Program-made: the position numbers and the translations under genes
Notes under the pieces: generated by a model
Told to the model about the DNA's origin: nothing
Databases searched by the model: none
The model's input: only the letters and a program-made list of their open reading frames with translations
Assembly (NCBI GenBank): GCA_002269645.1
Contig: NIVC01002623.1
Location: forward strand, 1 to 64,000
Direction: 5' to 3'
From: Macrostomum lignano
Taxonomy: Eukaryota
Length of the DNA stretch: 64,000 nt
Shown: piece by piece, positions 1-12,573 of the stretch
How the letters are laid out: each line of letters begins with the position of its first letter
Numbering within the stretch: position 1 is the first letter of the stretch

Positions 1-803
1 AAGCCACGCAGGTGGGGGTACTGACTCATCTGGGTGTCGACATCCTCCTTTGTCAAAAACATGTTGATAGGTAAAGTGAAAGCCACGCACACTGTCTGAC
101 CGAATTTGCTACTTTGCTGAAGCAGTAGACGCGTGTTCTGGAGCAGTCCTCTACCGTACACATCGTCTCTGTGCACGATTCCTACCATGGTCCAGTTGAA
201 GTACTGCACAGAGGTGTACGACTGCCTTGGCCTGGTAGCTGTCGGAGCTACTTGACGGAACACGTTGGGGTAGAGCGTTTGTCCGAGCACAGATCGCTGT
301 GCACTCGTTTCCGACCTGCGCATGGAGTAGAGAGACAGCTGACGGGACACCAGCTGCGTCTCGCTGCTACGCCAGCCCGACACGACGGCATGAACGAAGT
401 AGAACTTTTCTCCGAGGCTGGACACTACCTGGTCGCAGAATCCGGCAGCCGCATCAAGGCCGGTCGGGTGTGTCCATGCGGCCTAATCCGCTTCAGCATG
501 TCCACCAGACGACGGTCCAGGTAGCACGGATCAAGATGGAGCAGACCGAGGCGGAGATTGCGACTGGTCCATTTCGCATTGATGAGTTTAGCAGCGTAGT
601 GCGGTGCCAGATTGCGCAGAAAAATTTGTTCGCTTATCATTGAATTGAGAGTGTCACAGTATTTATTCACACTTTGCAGAACGGCTAAGTTGATGAGGCC
701 GTTCGGGACGCATAGCACCTGTCCAGGGTGGTACTCACATTCTGGGCGCTGTAACTGTGTGTAAAAGATAAAGCGCAACAACTGTGGTTGCTGAGAGGGC
801 CAT
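1..803 (-). pseudogene. Class C GPCR (mGluR-like) copy 1, 5' part only (runs off window start); multiple indels
   Basis: 1-~622 is near-identical to 11772-~12393 (copy 2 Venus-flytrap region) but carries several 1-3 nt indels. ATG at 803 opens MALSATTVVALYLLHTVTA (signal-like), which must shift frame into EYHPGQVLC...FLRNLAPHY. Could be a pseudogene or low-quality consensus. Confidence 0.65.
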
Positions 804-3800
804 CGTTGCTAAAAATTTGCTAGTTTTTTTCCGTTAAGACAGAAGAAAGAGGCAGTCCGTTTGGCAGTTCAATTTTATGTTGAGCCCGAGACTGCCAGCA
901 ATTGGCTGCTGGCCAACCCGTGGGCGCCTTTCATCGGTTCAATTTTTATAGGCTCCTATTGTGCGACTCTGATGGAGATGGTTTCTGTCGTGGAACCGGA
1001 TAGAGCTGGCTGACGAAGGTTTTTAGCTGAGTGATGTATGCGATCTTGGCTTTTACCAGAGTGTCAAACAGTCTAAGAGAAATATAATTTACTAGCGTAT
1101 GCAACCCAATAGGTAGCTATAAATTTGTCTCTTCGTTTGCGGATACAGGGCCATAAGGTCTAACGCAAACACTCAACTCATGATCCTTCCGATCTCTCTC
1201 GGCCTCATCAACTCATCAGTCTCTGCGACAGTTAACCAGGTCCAACCAGCTACAGGTGAGAGCTCGCCAAAAGTAAACAGCCCTGTCCATTGTTCAAGTT
1301 TGGCCAGATAAAACAGAGGAAGAGAGCGAAAAAGATCTTTTAGCCTAAAACAGGAAAATTTAGTGAGCCAGCAAATATCGTATCAGCATGGCATTCCCCC
1401 TATTGGGCCTGAGCTCTAGCAGGCCGGTCATCAGGCCCTTTGCGCATGATGCAGCAGATTCGGACAATGAAGAGCAAAGGCTGGATGAATGCTCCTCTCA
1501 GTCATTGCTTCACCGGTGTCATTTGCTATGTCCCATTTAGAATAGAGCTTGGCCGAATGATTTTTGCTAGCCAAGTTTGCAGCTCATTGCGGGTGATTCT
1601 GAGTATTACTTGGATTAACTTGGATGTAAAAAGTCTGATATATGCCAACACTGATGACTTTGCGGCACCCAAAACAAAGCAACTCGAAAACCTACAAAAT
1701 GGTTTAATACAAACGACCAAATGCTTGTTCCTGTCTTAGCGGGTGTAGCTCGTACTCAAAGTTTTACTTTTACCTGTTTTAATTAGTTTAAAAAGTTACT
1801 CGAGACAATTGTGTCGCTTAGGCCACTCTATTGTGGGATCGTTTCGTGGTGTGGCAGTTCGGTCCTGTAACAGTTTTTTATATGACAGCTTGGTCATGTA
1901 ACCTTCTTTCGTGTGACATTTCGGTCATAACCCTTTTGTCGTGTGGCAATTTGGTCATGTACTCGTATATCACCAAAACTGCATCAGTCAGCGATATTTG
2001 AAAACTACACAATAACAAGAGTTTGAAAACTTATTGGTGAGAAAATATTTTGAACGCCTGTATGCAAGTTTCATGTGAACACTTAGCTAGATCAGAGCCG
2101 TGCGGCATTAGGCAGCTCCACCAGTATCGCAGCAGTACTGCTGTCGCAGATCTTGGGTGTTGATGTCAGCAGTTTTCGTGTGAGCTTGACGCTCTAAGTG
2201 CAAGCCAACTTCATCAGGCTGAATTTCTCCGTTTTTCGCTTGTGCATACCATTAGGCTGGCAAGCACAATGAACTTCCGTTTTGCACTGGTCTTGCTGTC
2301 CTGAGATGATCTGTTGATTGTCGATGTTCGTGCTGCTGAGATCGTTGATGCTGCTTCTGCTGCTGCTGTTGTTTTTGTTGTTATTGACGGGCCCAGCTGG
2401 GTCACCTGGTCATTGGGCCGACGGGGACGGTCTAGCTGCAACATGGCACAGCCAGTCGTCATTGTCCGCTCGCCTCTGGACAGGGGCCTTGCACCACCGC
2501 GTCGCCGCGCAAGTGTGCAGAGGGCATGTCGGCGAGCTTGCCACCAGGTCCACCAGGGTCAACCCCAGCGGAACCGTAATACCAGCTTTCGTGTCCGTAG
2601 CCAGCGGACCTTCCACGCCACGCCTGACAGTCCAGCACCGGCGGCCAGCCCCGATGGGGTCTAGCCAGTGTCTGGAGCTGCTCAGAGCCTGCTGGATGTG
2701 AGGCTGCTGCTGCTGCTGGTGTAAGCCGAACTAAGTTGGGTGTGCCTTAGACAGAGGCTAGCGTTCGCAACGTTGGCGCCTACTTTTTAACTTTGGTCCC
2801 CTCGCTCCAGGCTCACGTTGGGTCCTCTCGTTGCCGTCCAGCCTCGGCCAGGTTACACGACCAGGTGCCCTAGGCCTAGCCTAATTCCGGTTCCTAATCC
2901 TAATCCTATCAACATTTTCCTATGGCTCATAAGGCTATTCGTCATTTCGTAGGAAATTTTATTGTTCGCCAAAATACATTGAACAAAAGATCACTACAAG
3001 CTCGAATGTTTATTTTAGTTTATTTATTTGTCCGAGATTTCGTCAACCGGGGTAAAAAAGAGTCTGCTACAGCTTCTTGTAAATTGTTCTCTGGATTGTA
3101 CGAGGCGAGAATTCATATTTACTAGCCTCCCAAGTGAGTCGGGGCAGCAGTTGAAGCTGCGCTGAGTACATTGCACAAGGGGAGAGCGAGGTGCAGCGGA
3201 AAGCAAAGAGAGACGCGTCGTCAGAGTTGACGATGCCCCTTGGCGTTTGAAAAGCACGCACCTGCAGTACAATAGCAACCCCCAACCCCGATCTAGCGAC
3301 CAGTGTACACACGTACACTACAAAGGTTAGAGAGCAGATCAGTGTGCAAGACAACCCTAGCCACGTACACCCGATGGAAGGCGCCGCAGTTACACTTGTC
3401 CTCTTTTGAATGCATGACTTTCATACCGCATGTAGCGAGGGTAAAGAAAGCATTAATACATTTGCTAGTGTATTAATGTTTGCACGGTAGACGTTAGGAT
3501 TGGACCCAGTGTGATACCAACCTCTTGTACTAGAGGTCTCAGGCTCGATTTTCAGGCTCGAGGAGTGACATCGAGGGCCAGCTGGGCATGGAGTGAGTAA
3601 CGTCTCCATATTACTATATTTTGTTAGTCAAACTGACGTAAAGAAAAGCACGAATTACTTATTGCCATTTCATATTTATTTGTAACTCTCCGTTCGGCCC
3701 GTAGGATCGAAATCATGAGCGAGATTTTCTACCAGCAACGCGGACCCAAATTCCTCCAGAGCAATTTTGATGGTGCTTCATTCCACTACGAGGAAAATAG

Positions 3801-4439
3801 GGCAAAGCCAGGCGGCCCAACCCACCACTGGATAAGTGCCTCAGTGAGTGGTCGCCATCCAAAGCCGCATAAATCAACTGTTCAAAGCAGACGACGGTCA
3901 CTAACTACATGCGATCTCCGCTTTCTTCAGAACCGCATCGGTATTCAGCAAGGCGCGCGCCAGTCTGTCAATAGGCTTCAAGCTTTATTCACCATAATGC
4001 ACTTTTTCTCAGTTGACTTCTTGAAGACACTGTCCGTGAAGACGCCAATAAGTCATCAAGATTCATGAATAAAGTCATTTTTCAACGCAATACTGATGCA
4101 TAAAAATTGAGTCATAAAATCATTATCGATTCAATGTGCATTATGTTGAGCCGTGAGCCGAGCTACTCGTGTCAAAAGTTTATTACACTTAAATGAGAAT
4201 AAAATACACATTTCCACATGCAACCAGATAAACAACTGTAGGACGGTACGAGTACATCTGACGTACTCGCCACTAGCTGGTTTCGCGGGCAAAAGCACTC
4301 TGACTGTCCAAAGTTCTACTGGGCACCAATAGCTGCGACCAGCTGATGGAGTTGGCCAGCCGCGGCGACCGGGCGTCACGTTGACCCGCTGGCGAAGGAG
4401 ATGATGGAGCAGGGCGTGAAGCCTACATCGGAACACCCT

Positions 4440-5050
4440 TCCCGTGGAGTGGCGTCGCGGGGCGACCCGCTCCAATTGTTCCGGATCCACTCACACTTGT
4501 GAGAAGATAGCGCAATCACCAGAGACTCGGTCTACCGCTTCGGCCTAGATCTGAATGATAAATGTGCAGTGTGCGAGGAAACCCGATAGCGCTGTTCACC
4601 TCCTCATCGACTGCCCGGATTATCAACCGGCTCGTAGTCAGGTCTGGGGAGGTGGCTGCATCGACATAGACGACATCTTCAGAGACGCGAGCCTCATCTG
4701 CCGCTACCTTCGCAATGTGGGCCGCACGGACCCGCCCATTGACGATCTTGGCGGACGGACAGCCCCTGCCCCCTTGCCCGCGGGCGAGGACAGGCGGGAG
4801 TGAAGAGAGAAAGAGAGAGCAGGGTTTGAACTCAGAGTATCGGATGATTCCAGGCGAGATTCGGATCTTCCCATTTGGCAAGGCGTCAGATGGGGCCTGT
4901 AAGTTGGCTGGCAATTTACACCAGCTTTGCGCTTGATGTTGACCTTACAATCTGATCACGGATGCGAACAGTTCCATCAGGCGCTGTCAGCCGAGAATAC
5001 TGCCCTGGGTCGGCTATGAGGTGCCTCTGGTGACCTCACTCTGCAAAACA
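4440..5050 (+). mobile_element. 3' fragment of non-LTR retrotransposon (I/R1/LOA-type C-terminal CCHC knuckle)
   Basis: Frameshifted KCAVCEET/DSAVHLLIDCPDYQPAR...YLRNVGR at ~4560-4730 fits CxxC-x7-H-x4-C-x-x-Y-x3-R of ORF2 C-termini, followed by probable 3' UTR. Boundaries approximate. Confidence 0.6.
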
Positions 5051-5882
5051 CACGAGTCCCCCGAGTTTACTTAGGTGGAAACTTTCTTGGACCAAGAAAT
5101 TATGCCTGCCGCGTGAGTTCGTCAACCATTGCAACAGCTCATGTGAAAAGAAATGGGCTCAGTGCTGAGCGCTTCTCATCGCTGTCTTGACAGAAAACAG
5201 TTTTAATCAGCAAATTTTAAAACGAGTCAAATACATATTTAGCAAATATGAACGGATGCTAAGCTGTACAGTAGCTACAGCTGATTTCACGTTGATTTGG
5301 ATTGCTTAGGCTCATCTGAAACTATCAGCCAAACTGCGAACTTCCAAAATCTTTTGATTCAGCACGTACGCTCGTATTTTAGATTTTTTCTTACTCATTA
5401 CAGCAGTTTTTGCGCTTTCAGTTTCTCTCCAACAGCCACACTGGCTGCCTGAGAACCCTGCAAGCTTCATCTAATGACGATATGGGATTTAGCTGACCCT
5501 GATCACAGAATATACACAGAATAGCGATTCGGCAGTTCTCTATGAAAGCGAAAATAAATGCACTTGCACTACTAACGTTGTGAAGCTGATAAGTAGTTGC
5601 GATTTTTTTAACGCGAAGTTGAATGTAAAAGTCGAGCTCAAGATAGCCTTTGAAAGCTTTGAGTCGTCGTTTTGACGCTGCAGATGAATGCTGCGCTATC
5701 ATTGTAATTAATTTGTTCATAATGGTGCGTGCGCAAAGTCATGAGCAGTAGTAACAGTGTTATAACCTCATTGCCATATATATGTAAGCTAAAAAATAAA
5801 AGTAACAAACATATAACAACAGGTTAAGTTTTAGCCCTGCACGCAAGGCAGGAAATGCCAGGCGCAACAGAAATTGCAAATC

Positions 5883-7641
5883 TCATGCAATCACACTCAT
5901 CCTCTTGAACTTCCTTGATTGCTCACTGCAAAATGCTCGCCCGTGCTTTCTCTCCTGAGCCGCAATCCTGCGCCCATTGCAGCAATGGTGTAAGCGCAGC
6001 TTCGAAAACAGCCTCGCAATGCCCATCACGCATCTCTCTGAGTGCTCAGCGCAATGAGTCGCAATATGTTGCAATCGGCCAATAATTTGCTGATTCTGTG
6101 TGACACACCAGCAGGCATGAACTTTGTCACTTCCAGCAATTTGAATTGGCGTTCCATCTCAGTGACAGCTCTGATTGTAGAGTGTTCTACCTCCCTCAAA
6201 AAGTGATAAAATTGTTAACGTACTACTTACATAGTAGTAAGACAAGTAGCATGTATAAGAATAAGCGTTGAATCACATATATATTTTAATCAACCAATCA
6301 GAAGAGCGAAAAATCAGACATATTATTTTTAGCAACCAACCAATCACGTGTGACCTATATTTGTCAGTTCAAACCCCACCTACGATTCATCATTCGGCTT
6401 GCACCCGGATGAACCAATCAAAGGTATCTAAAAATAGCTCAGCTACGGTAACAATCATGCGCGCTTACACTCGACTAGTTGCTTAACTTTCTACCCTGTC
6501 ATGCTTGACAGCAACCAAAGCGTGACCCTTTGACATTTACGAAAAAGGTGATGGACGAGAGAGGTCCATTTGCCTATAAATACAAGTGGTCCGAAGCGGA
6601 CCCGGAGCCAACTCCGACGATAGGAGAAGCTCCGAAGAGGAGCCTTAGGAGGACTTCCTGATCACCAAGTCAATCGAGACTCGGTCGAGTTGTTGCGGTA
6701 AGCCTTGCTCATTTGCGCCCGTGGTTTGAGTCGACTCACCATTGTGATAGTGTTAGAGTCTGTTGAGACTTAAGGATCTATTAGAGGATCTAGATCTTAG
6801 ATTTAGAGGATCTAGATTAAGATTTAGAGGATTTAAATCTTAGAGGATCTATTAGAGATTACCGGAGCAATACCTAGAGTACATTGAGGCACTACTAGAA
6901 GGAGAAGGCTTAAGTGAAACCGCAGATCGGCGCAGGGTACCCATTGTTGGCACGAGGCCTCTGATTGGTCCTGACTGCAGATACCGGCCGGAAACAAATT
7001 CATCGGAAGTAAAAGAAGATACAGGACCAGATCGACCGATTCTAGACGTCTACACTTCCTGAAGGAAAGGAACGCAACAGATTGCGAGAACAACTCATTG
7101 GACGAGAACTACAAGGAGATCTCTCAAACCGGACTCAAGGTAACATATACCTTCATTTGATAACTGGGTTGCCTAGCAAAGTAGCTAGAAGTAATTGTTC
7201 CTTGATTACTGAGAGGGTCTTGGTAGTAAGGAACACATCATGATAACTGCTCGGCTTGGAATGACTAAGCTGTCATTGCACTTGCACTTCAGTCGCAGGA
7301 AGCGTGTCCGATCAAATTGCTCCCTTCAGTTCTTGCTGGCACACCTCACACTTGCACTCGGTTTCAAAGAAGCGGAACAGCAACCAACCGCCGACATATG
7401 CGTACTTCTCGTGATCTAAGTCATCCGATGTAGCAAAGAGCTCATCACCTGTGTCTGTGAGATCTGAGTCAAGTGTTGCTCTGAATGGTGGACTGGATCT
7501 GGAGCTTCTTGGCTCACTGCAGCCTTGGATGCTCTCTGGCTGCTGCAAACCGGTGAAATCTAGTGCCCGGCGGACACTTGTCGGCGTAGTTGAGGCATCC
7601 GTACGCAGCGCACACTGAAGCCTCGAAGCAGACGTAGTCAT
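5883..7641 (-). mobile_element. Decayed, internally deleted THAP/P-superfamily-like transposase relic, interrupted by an insertion
   Basis: CAAYGCLNYADKCPPGTRFHRF (THAP start, ~7545-7615) runs straight into YAYVGGW...CKCEVC...L, then FLRLK...SLVIPS (~7230-7300). After a gap come EMERQF (~6150) and HCAEH...LFSKLRLHH (5990-6070), motifs typical of P-element/THAP9 C-termini. Catalytic core absent; several frameshifts. Confidence 0.5.
6497..7145. mobile_element. Possible solo LTR
   Basis: Begins TGTCAT and ends GTAACA, with an internal TATAAATA (~6574). It sits inside the transposase relic. No clean target-site duplication (TACCC vs TATAC). Confidence 0.25.
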
Positions 7642-7684
7642 GCAAAACAGTATCACAATAAGCTGCGTATTCAAACTCTAGCAG

Positions 7685-8213
7685 GGGCCTATTTCATAAA
7701 GCACTTGTCGGACAAATTACAAGTGACAAGTGACAATTCCTCAAAATAATGCGTTTCATAAAAACAAGCTGCAACTTGACGAATCGACAAGTTACAAGTG
7801 ACAAGTGACAAGCGAAATTTGACAAATTACAAGCGCTCCTTCGGGGGTTTCGTCCATAGACATGCACTAAGCTGGATGCTTCTGTGAGAAAATACTTCCT
7901 CTTGTCTTGTGTTTTTGACAAGTCGCTGTGACACTTGTAGCTTTATTAAAGCTGTGTATTCAAGCCCGAAAAGAACGCAGAGGCCGTCTTGAAAGCAAGT
8001 CTGTCTAAAACTCAGATCCTAAAATTGTGGTCTGTGGTCTAAAGGCTGGATCGATTTCATATGGTATCTCAACCATAGACATAAAATTGAGTTATTTTTA
8101 ACACGAGCAAGGACCCATGTTTATGAAACCAAAATCGTTGACACTTGTCACTTGTCACTTGTCATTTGTCGACTTGTCACTTGTCACTTGTAGTTTCTTT
8201 GTGAAATCGGCCC
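7685..8213. mobile_element. PIF/Harbinger-type MITE, 529 bp
   Basis: TIRs GGGCCTATTTCATAAAG / CTTTGTGAAATCGGCCC, subterminal ACAAGTG/CACTTGT repeats, and a 3-bp TSD CAG at 7682-7684 and 8214-8216. Confidence 0.75.
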
Positions 8214-8949
8214 CAGATATGCCTTCGGTATTAGCACTTTTGTAGCCAAACCTAGCTTCAGCAGCACTAGCTTGTGCCATTAAGAATGCAATACAACAAA
8301 TGCAGTCTAGCGCGATCAAAAATGCATTTGACCTGCATGCTTTCATGCCACAAGCTCGTGCTAGAATACCCAAGGCATGCTGTCTATGGCACTAACTTAG
8401 AGCGCAGAGGCAGCAGAAGCCAGGGCCAGCCTTAAGGTAGTTTCTAAAAATAGAACAGTTGTCCGATGCGTTCCTATATTCTGTGGGACAAACCCGCAAT
8501 AAATGGCAAAGAATTGGTAAAGTGCCATTCAGCCTACTTAGTCTTTTTTCACAACAAGAGTAGCAAGTATAGAATATCATTCTTGTGCAAGAAATTTTCT
8601 CACAAGATTCGCCATTCTGGGTATATTCTGTGACCCTGATTGTGCCGCAGGCGAGATAAGTCAGCAAGGTGAATCGACAAACATTTGCTTGAATGCCTGT
8701 ATGAATCTGAGCAGACTGTTAACTGACTCCGTGACCTGTTGTGTTCTGCTTGAGTAAATCCAACATACTCATTTTCAACCTCTGGCATGCTTTCTGCTGT
8801 TGGCTGTCAGCTATCATGCACTAATGTAAAGAAAATGATTTTACGCTCGTAAACTTTATAATCATATTTATATAAATAAAGAAAAAATTATAAAGCTTTT
8901 ACTTGCAGCATTCTTTGAAACCAGCGGCGCAGCCAGGAATTCGGGTCTT

Positions 8950-9315
8950 CCGACCTTCCAGTCTTCCAGACTTTTAGTTTCCCAGTCTTCCAGCCTTCAA
9001 GTCTTCCGGTCTCCCAGTCTTCCAGCCTTCCAGTCTCCCCGTCTCCCAGTCTTCCTGCAATCAGGTCTTCCAGGCTAGTCACCCGGTCTTCCTGTCATCG
9101 ATTCTTCCAGTCGTACGGTTCTCCAGTCTTTTGATCTTTTTTCTGGTCTTCCAGTCTCCCGTTCTTCCAGTCGTACGGTTCTCCAGTCTTTTGATCTTCC
9201 TTCTGGTCTTCCAGTCTCCCGTTCTTCCAGTCGTACGGTTCTCCAGTCTTTTGATCTTCCTTCTGGTCTTCCAGTCTTCCATCTTCCAGTCTTCCATCTT
9301 ACAGTCTTCCGCTCT
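8950..9315. repeat. Pyrimidine-rich tandem repeat (~10-nt TCTTCCAGTC subunits forming a 60-bp unit x3)
   Basis: TCGTACGGTT recurs at 9111, 9171 and 9231. Confidence 0.85.
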
Positions 9316-9752
9316 TCCAAGTCGCGGTGCAGGTATTGCAATTAAAGCGGATCTGTCCAGCTCTGATAAATTTGTTCAGGAGCAAAGGCGTCGCCATGCT
9401 ATGACAATTATTAGGTTTTTAAGCTTCCTAGTAATATTAAAAAAAGTGTAGCCGACAAAACTCTTTAAACTAAATCATAAAAACTGTGACTTTGTGTGCA
9501 GGTTTAAAAATTACACAAGGCTAAAGTGCAGCGTCGGTTAAACAACTTTGAACAACTCAGAATAACTTTGCATGCTGGATAAAATATCACAATTAGGGGC
9601 GTTTAACTAAACAGCATACACTTCAGAATCCAAAAAAATCGATTAAACTAAAAACACGCTATTGTGCATACAAAACAAAATCAATGCTCAAAAACTATAC
9701 ATGTACGAGCGTAGTTGCAATGAGTCAAAGGTCCCTAGTCACTAAAGAGTCA

Positions 9753-12573
9753 CTAAGACCTTGATGCCATAACGGTAGTAGCAGGGTTATTGGTGTAGAA
9801 CTGGATGTTGTTCTCTGCCTCGGGCCTCGCGTACACTGCGTACAGCTTCGGAGCGAACAGGATCGACAGCAGCAGCGCGTGCGTGAGGCTGGACGAGAAC
9901 GCAAGCAGCAACATTGCGGTAGTCAGAGAGCTGGCCGAAAGAGCGGACGGAACGAACGCCGACCACAAGAAGAGGCCGGACACTCCGCAAGCCAGGATGC
10001 ACTTGGTGTCGTGAAAGTTGTCCGGAAGCGATCGGGTCTTCAGCGACAGGCCGCACGTGACAGTCAGGATCAGCAGGTTGCAGCACAGCGGAGTCCAGAA
10101 TGCCGTGGTCGCGATCACGCAGTTCTTCTCCACGACTGGTCGGACCGAAGGATCGGTCACAAGCTGCTTGAGCTCCGAGCTCAGTGGTCGGAACACGGTC
10201 ACTCCGCTAAGCAGCAGGCACTGCAATGCACCGCATGGATGGGTTCTAATCTCATTTGCTGGTGCGTGTCATATGCTCGTAGCTACACATTTGTCCTACA
10301 GCATGTCCTGCGTTTGTCCTACAGCATGTCCTGAATTTGTCCTACAGCATGTCCTGCATTAATCTTTAGAGCATGTCATGCATTTGTCCTACAGCATGTC
10401 CTGCATTTGTCCTACAGAATATCCTGCATTAATCTTTAAAGCATGTCCTGCATTTGTCCTACAGCATGTCCTGAATTTGTCCTACAGAATTTCCTCACCA
10501 TTCCGAAAATGACTGCGGCCAGCATCATCAGCATCGGCTTCTGTCGCGCGAGCCAAGGTACCGGACGACCCACTCTGGATGCAGAGAAGATCAGATGGAC
10601 GCGAAGGGTCTTCACCAACTGACTCGCGTAGCAAGCAGTCAGGCTGAGCTGGAATGCGCAGTTCAAAGCATTGCACATTACGTGCGAGCTGTCTACAGCG
10701 AACAGACCGAGACACGCTAGACCGAGGAGGTTCCCACACATGCACGTGACGGACAAGTGTATCGACGAGGCCTTGATGAGCTTGTGGTGTCGACGGTTGA
10801 TGAACAGAGCGAGCACGACGACCAGGAAGATCGAGAGTAGAGCGAGACATGCCAGCAGCACAGGAAACTGCAGTCCGTCTCTCCACGCGTACACCGGTAT
10901 CGACTCGCAGCTCAGCCGGTCTTGACTGGGCCAGTGAAACTCCGAACACGACAGACACGACTTGCCATCATCCGACACGATCTCCTGCTTGAAGCACGGC
11001 TTGCACGTAAAGCAGCAAGCATCTGTCTCCAACTTGATTTCGCCAGCACTGCACGGAGCACTGCAGAATGACTTTGGCAGTTCCGACTGAGCTGCATGCT
11101 GATCGGAGCTCGAGTTCTGCCACCATCGAATAGGTGTGAGGTCGCTCAACGTAAGACCGGCTGACTCCATCCACGTTCCGACCTTCACCAACTGACCGTC
11201 CGGCTGCTCCTGACGAATCTCGTAGGCCGGCGATCCGTCACCGCTCGAGTCGAAGCTCACGTTTCCGGTTCGCATGAAAGGGAAGCTGGAGTTCGCAAGC
11301 AGCTTCATCACCTTCGGACCTGTGACACATGCACTCACAGCCGTAACATTCGGCCACTTTGTCGCGCAATCGATCAGAGCGACACGCTCGATACACGAGA
11401 CCAGAATGTTGATTGAGTCCAGAAGTCTTGCGACAGGAGCCACCTCAGAGTCGATTGATAGACTCGACTTTGAGCCGACTCTACAACTGCCGTCAGAGCA
11501 GCACGATGCAGCGCTATCCAATGTGCAGTTGAACAGAAGTCGGAGCAGTTGTTCGCCGAACGGATAGCCGAGGACCTCAGATCCGTTCAGTGAGTGGTAG
11601 AACTGGATGAGGTCGGGCGTGGCGAACTTTGTAAACGAGGTATAGATGGCACCCGTGGTGAAATGTTTGTAGGCAACGGAATTCGCATCCGTTGTGATGA
11701 TAACTCCTTTTCTGCTACTTATCGCTTGGAGTAAGAATTCTGGAATGCTACTAAAGGTATCAAATACAAGAAAGCCACGCAGGTGGGGTACTGACTCATC
11801 TGGGTGTCAACATCCTCCTTTGTCAAAAACATGTTGATAGGTAAAGTGAAAGCCACGCACACTGTCTGACCGAATTTGCTACTTTGCTGAAGCAGTAGAC
11901 GCGTGTTCTGGAGCAGTCCTCTATCGTACACATCGTCTCTGTGCACGATTCCTACCATGGTCCAGTTGAAGTACTGCACGAGGTGTACGACTGCCTTGGC
12001 CTGGTAGCTGTCGGGAGCTACTTGACGGAACACGTTGGGGTAGAGCGTCTTGTCCGATAGAGCATCGCTGCTGCACTCGTTTCCGACCTGCGGCATGGAG
12101 TAGAGAGACAGCTGACGGGACACCAGCTGCGTCTCGCTGCTACGCCAGCCCGACACGACGGCATGAACGAAGTAGAACTTTTCTCCGAGGCTGGACACTA
12201 CCTGGTCGCAGAATCCGGCAGCCGCATCAGCGGTCGGGTGTGTCCATGCCGGCCTAATCCGCTTCAGCATGTCCACCAGACGACGGTCCAGGTAGCACGG
12301 ATCAAGATGGAGCAGACCGAGGCGGAGATTGCGACTGGTCCATTTCGCATTGATGAGTTTAGCAGCGTAGTGCGGTGCCAGATTGCGTAGAAAGATGGAT
12401 TCTGTGAGCTTCGCTCCAGGTGTGTCGCAGTAGAACTGTGTGCTCTCTAATACGGCTAAATTAATTATTCCGCTTGGGATGCACAGTTGCTGTCCGGGAA
12501 GGTACGTGACAGTTTGAGATGCAAGTCCAAGAACTAGAGTATAAGCAATTGCAGCTGCTGTCAGTGAAGTCAT
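9753..12573 (-). CDS. Class C GPCR (mGluR-like) copy 2; two exons, one 1-nt frameshift
   Basis: Exon 1 12573-10499, GT-AG intron 10498-10221, exon 2 10220-9753. Signal peptide, VFT (SSDALSDK, PDSYQAKA, FNWT), nine-Cys domain (CSAPC...CCFTC), 7TM with VKTLRV, KTRSLPDNFHDTK, FAPKLY. The G4 run at 11785-11788 is G5 in copy 1; restoring one G joins ORF 11719-12573 to 10436-11521. Confidence 0.85.
10280..10490. repeat. Intronic ~23-bp VNTR (GGACATGCTGTAGGACAAATGCA) in GPCR copy 2
   Basis: Same repeat occurs in the copy 3 intron (~20855-20990) with fewer units; intron lengths are 278 vs 219 nt. Confidence 0.85.

Noticed and set aside
1150-1790. Possible decayed coding sequence with a GTGAGA donor at ~1256
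   Set aside because: Many stops, no identifiable motif.
2214-2730. GC-rich, CAG-rich segment with overlapping ORFs and a possible minus-strand acceptor
   Set aside because: No frame gives a recognisable domain or complete gene model; could be an exon or TE ORF1 remnant.
3505-3560. tRNA-like words (GGCTCGATTTT)
   Set aside because: No acceptor stem or full cloverleaf; at most a SINE remnant, not a tRNA gene.
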